Source of the DNA: Naegleria gruberi
Taxonomy: Eukaryota
Length of the DNA stretch: 1,240 nt
Direction: 5' to 3' (one strand)
NCBI GenBank assembly: GCA_000004985.1
Contig: GG739485.1
Shown here: positions 1 through 1,240 of the stretch, piece by piece
Layout of the letters: every line of letters begins with the position of its first letter
How positions within the stretch are numbered: the stretch's first letter is position 1
The notes under the pieces: generated by a model
Database searches by the model: none
Told to the model about the DNA's origin: nothing
Seen by the model: the letters and a program-made list of their open reading frames with translations, nothing else
Translations under genes and position numbers: made by a program

Positions 1-316
1 ATAAAAACATTCTTTCCAATTTTGATATTTTTCCATAATTAGTATGAAATGGTATAAATACACCTGTGGATTTATCTAATGGACTATCAATTAATTCACC
101 AAATCTTTGATGTATTTCATCTTGATTGGTAGAATTATTCAATGATTGAACATAGGGAAGAGATTCATTGCAAACTTCCATCACTTTATAAAATTCAGGA
201 TGATTCATTGGAGTTCTGCCATGTATTTTAACCTTCTCTAGAAATTCAGAATGTTGATGTGCTTTGGTTCTCTCTGCAACAAGTTTGTTTCCAGTTTGTA
301 GTGATGAGTTTTTCAT
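1..316 (-). CDS. 5'-complete, 3'-truncated CDS: N-terminal region (Mac domain) of a hexapeptide-repeat sugar O-acetyltransferase (maltose/galactoside O-acetyltransferase-like). Continues beyond window position 1. Apparent 1-nt frame discrepancy near 28..32.
   Basis: The reverse complement of 316..1 is an uninterrupted frame from ATG (316..314; upstream context gggaataaaaaagaATGa, A at -3) to the window edge: MKNSSLQTGNKLVAERTKAHQHSEFLEKVKIHGRTPMNHPEFYKVMEVCNESLPYVQSLNNSTNQDEIHQRFGELIDSPLDKSTGVFIPFHTNYGKISKLERMFL. The segments ...CNESLP...RFGEL...IPFHTNYG resemble the Mac-domain consensus (...yNxtLP...elFG...iePPFxcDYGxNI...), recalled from memory of E. coli Maa/LacA and not searched. The +1-nt-offset frame at the 3' end reads KNIKIGKNVF, the expected first hexapeptide turn. 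Codon usage is yeast-like. The ORF was absent from the supplied track, presumably because it is open-ended. Confidence 0.55.
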   Translation of the reverse strand, partial: MKNSSLQTGNKLVAERTKAHQHSEFLEKVKIHGRTPMNHPEFYKVMEVCNESLPYVQSLNNSTNQDEIHQRFGELIDSPLDKSTGVFIPFHTNYGKISKLERMFL

Positions 317-399
317 TCTTTTTTATTCCCTGAATTTGAAGAAAACCCGAATATTTTTTAGAGGGTTTTTTAGGGTCACATTTTGCTTTGCTCTAGCTG

Positions 400-406
400 T
401 GATTGG
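400..406 (-). promoter_or_regulatory. CCAAT-box-like element (CCAATCA on the minus strand; HAP/NF-Y-type consensus)
   Basis: The plus strand reads tgattgg at 400..406, so the minus strand reads CCAATCA, about 85 nt upstream of the minus-strand ATG. It is a short motif, so a chance occurrence is plausible. Confidence 0.2.
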
Positions 407-452
407 CTTGTCAACATTTTAAACTTTACCCCTAAAAAAACCGAAATTCACC

Positions 453-476
453 CTCAAAGTTGGGTGCAACTTTGAG
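453..476. repeat. Perfect inverted repeat CTCAAAGTTG-ggtg-CAACTTTGAG (10-bp arms, 4-nt spacer)
   Basis: Read directly: 453..462 ctcaaagttg, and 467..476 caactttgag is its exact reverse complement. It sits about 137-160 nt upstream of the ATG at 316. Confidence 0.85.
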
Positions 477-652
477 AAAGTTTTGTTAATAATTCAGGGC
501 TCGAAAAAAACAAAAAGTTAAGGGTATTTTACACAGTAATTGGTATCAAGTTTTTAGACTGTAAAAAAAGTAAATTTATTAAATTTGAACAAGTCTAAAA
601 TCAACTTGTCATTATTTGAAATCATGTAACAAAGCAACAGCTAAATATTGGC

Positions 653-769
653 CATCCACTCAAATTATCAAAGCTCAACTTGTTAATTACAGAAACATCA
701 ATATGACAATGTCATTAATCATCCACTCAAATTATAAATTGAAAGATCCAATTACATCCACTAATTTTA
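653..769. repeat. Dispersed direct repeat: CATCCACTCAAATTAT at 653..668 and 720..735 (16/16 identical), plus a degenerate third copy CATCCACT-AATTTTA at 755..769
   Basis: Read directly from the sequence. The copy-to-copy spacing is 67 bp and 35 bp, neither a multiple of 3. All copies lie inside the supplied 70-aa ORF but fall in different reading frames. Confidence 0.8.
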
Positions 770-981
770 CCATGGCCATGTTGTTTCCACTTATTCAAAT
801 TCAGTGTATTTCCAATCAGATTCAATAATATTAATTCCAAATAATTGTAGTAACAAATAAGAAATCTCTCCTAACAATTCCGAATATTGTAATATTAATG
901 AGTATCATCCTCATCACTAATAAATAAATAATCAATAATTAATAATAAGAGTAAACTTACTTGACGATAGATCTGATCAAT

Positions 982-999
982 AATGTTGATAATGTTGAT
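982..999. repeat. Tandem duplication of AATGTTGAT (two exact copies)
   Basis: 982..990 aatgttgat and 991..999 aatgttgat, flanked by gatcaat / gataaa. Confidence 0.85.
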
Positions 1000-1099
1000 G
1001 ATAAATTAGGTTGAAAACTAACCTTTAGCATTTAGAGATTAGAACTTCATCCAAACTCAATAGATTCCAACTAGTAAAGTCAAATAAAGCTAATATAAA

Positions 1100-1194
1100 T
1101 GTGTAAATTAATTGGTAATGGCAATTTTAATCAAGTAAACCTACAACATTTTGCAATTGTGTATTTAATGTGAGATGTCATTGTGTATTAATTC
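1100..1194. repeat. Three related TGTGTA-WW-TTAAT(T) motif copies: tgtgtaaattaatt (~1100..1114), attgtgtatttaatg (1156..1170), attgtgtattaattc (1180..1194). ATTGTGTATT is exact at 1156..1165 and 1180..1189.
   Basis: Read directly from the sequence. Copies 2 and 3 are 24 bp apart and differ by a single T indel. Confidence 0.7.
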
Positions 1195-1240
1195 AAATCA
1201 AAAAAAGCTTACTTAAACATATCAATTTAAATATCAATTA

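Larger units (their letters stand above)
317..615 (-). promoter_or_regulatory. Upstream region (5'UTR plus promoter) of the minus-strand acetyltransferase gene
   Basis: It lies immediately 5' of the ATG at 316 on the minus strand. No ORF is present. It has moderately higher GC than the downstream spacer and contains a palindrome (453..476), CCAATCA (400..406, minus), CCCCT (429..433) and CCGAA motifs. Confidence 0.4.

Noticed and set aside
206-208. Alternative internal start codon (Met37, MNHPEFYKV...) for the acetyltransferase
   Set aside because: The upstream ATG at 316..314 has the better context (A-rich, A at -3) and no intervening stop. The Met37 context has C at -3. I keep the 316 start but cannot exclude the shorter isoform without TSS data.
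317-346. TTC/GAA-rich stretch (aTTCttttttaTTCccTGAAttTGAAGAAaac), possibly heat-shock-element-like
   Set aside because: The units are not in the alternating 5-bp nGAAn/nTTCn register; for example TTC-ccT-GAA has a 3-nt gap. The stretch sits directly against the start codon and is more likely 5'UTR.
374-448. Point-centromere-like combination: gTCACATt (CDEI-like, 375..382) and aaaACCGAAAttc (CDEIII-like, TCCGAAA core, about 437..448)
   Set aside because: The spacer between them is only about 55 bp and is clearly not above 90% AT (gctttgctctagctgtgattggcttgtc). A CDEII of 78-86 bp at above 90% AT would be expected. Both boxes also deviate from consensus. The region is better explained as ordinary promoter sequence.
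616-828. The supplied 70-aa plus-strand ORF (MKSCNKATAKYW...)
   Set aside because: Position 616 is TTG, not ATG. The first in-frame ATG is at 703, leaving only about 42 codons. The sequence is low-complexity and AT-driven, and it has no recognisable domain. Its internal 16-bp DNA repeats fall in different reading frames because their spacing is 67 bp. It is most likely a chance ORF in intergenic DNA.
1131-1240. Plus-strand frame open from 1131 to the right edge (SSKPTTFCNCVFNVRCHCVLIQIKKSLLKHINLNIN)
   Set aside because: It has no ATG anywhere in the open stretch, is bounded upstream by TAA at 1128..1130, and is AT-driven low-complexity. It is not a credible gene start.
1-1240. Prokaryotic-type features (CRISPR array, operon signals, IS elements) and structured RNA genes (tRNA/rRNA)
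   Set aside because: There are no regularly spaced repeats of CRISPR dimensions. There is no GC-rich cloverleaf-capable segment; the richest GC patches are the short ones at about 361..376 and 449..466. There are no terminal inverted repeats flanking an ORF. Composition and start context look eukaryotic and yeast-like, not bacterial.
1-1240. S. cerevisiae-type ARS consensus sequence (WTTTAYRTTTW)
   Set aside because: A manual scan of every TTTA and TAAA occurrence on both strands found no 11/11 match. Near-matches are unconvincing without a search tool, and the ACS differs in non-Saccharomyces yeasts anyway.

Overview
The window is AT-rich and looks eukaryotic, probably budding-yeast-like on codon usage (AGA Arg, CCA Pro, GGT/GGA Gly, TTA/TTG Leu) and A-rich start context. 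It holds the first ~105 codons of one minus-strand gene (1..316), which runs off the left edge. That product resembles the N-terminal 'Mac' domain of hexapeptide-repeat sugar O-acetyltransferases (maltose/galactoside O-acetyltransferase family). Everything from 317 to 1240 appears non-coding. Positions 317..615 are the gene's upstream/promoter region, with a perfect 10-4-10 palindrome, a CCAATCA box, a CCCCT element and recurring CCGAA(A)T motifs. Positions 616..1240 are AT-rich intergenic DNA with several short direct and tandem repeats. The supplied 70-aa ORF begins with TTG and sits on DNA-level repeats that fall in different frames, so I treat it as spurious. I find no tRNA, rRNA, CRISPR, mobile element or obvious novel system. 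The most notable observation is an apparent 1-nt frame discrepancy in a T5/A5 homopolymer (28..32), just where the conserved 'YGxNIxIGxNxF' motif of the acetyltransferase family should begin.
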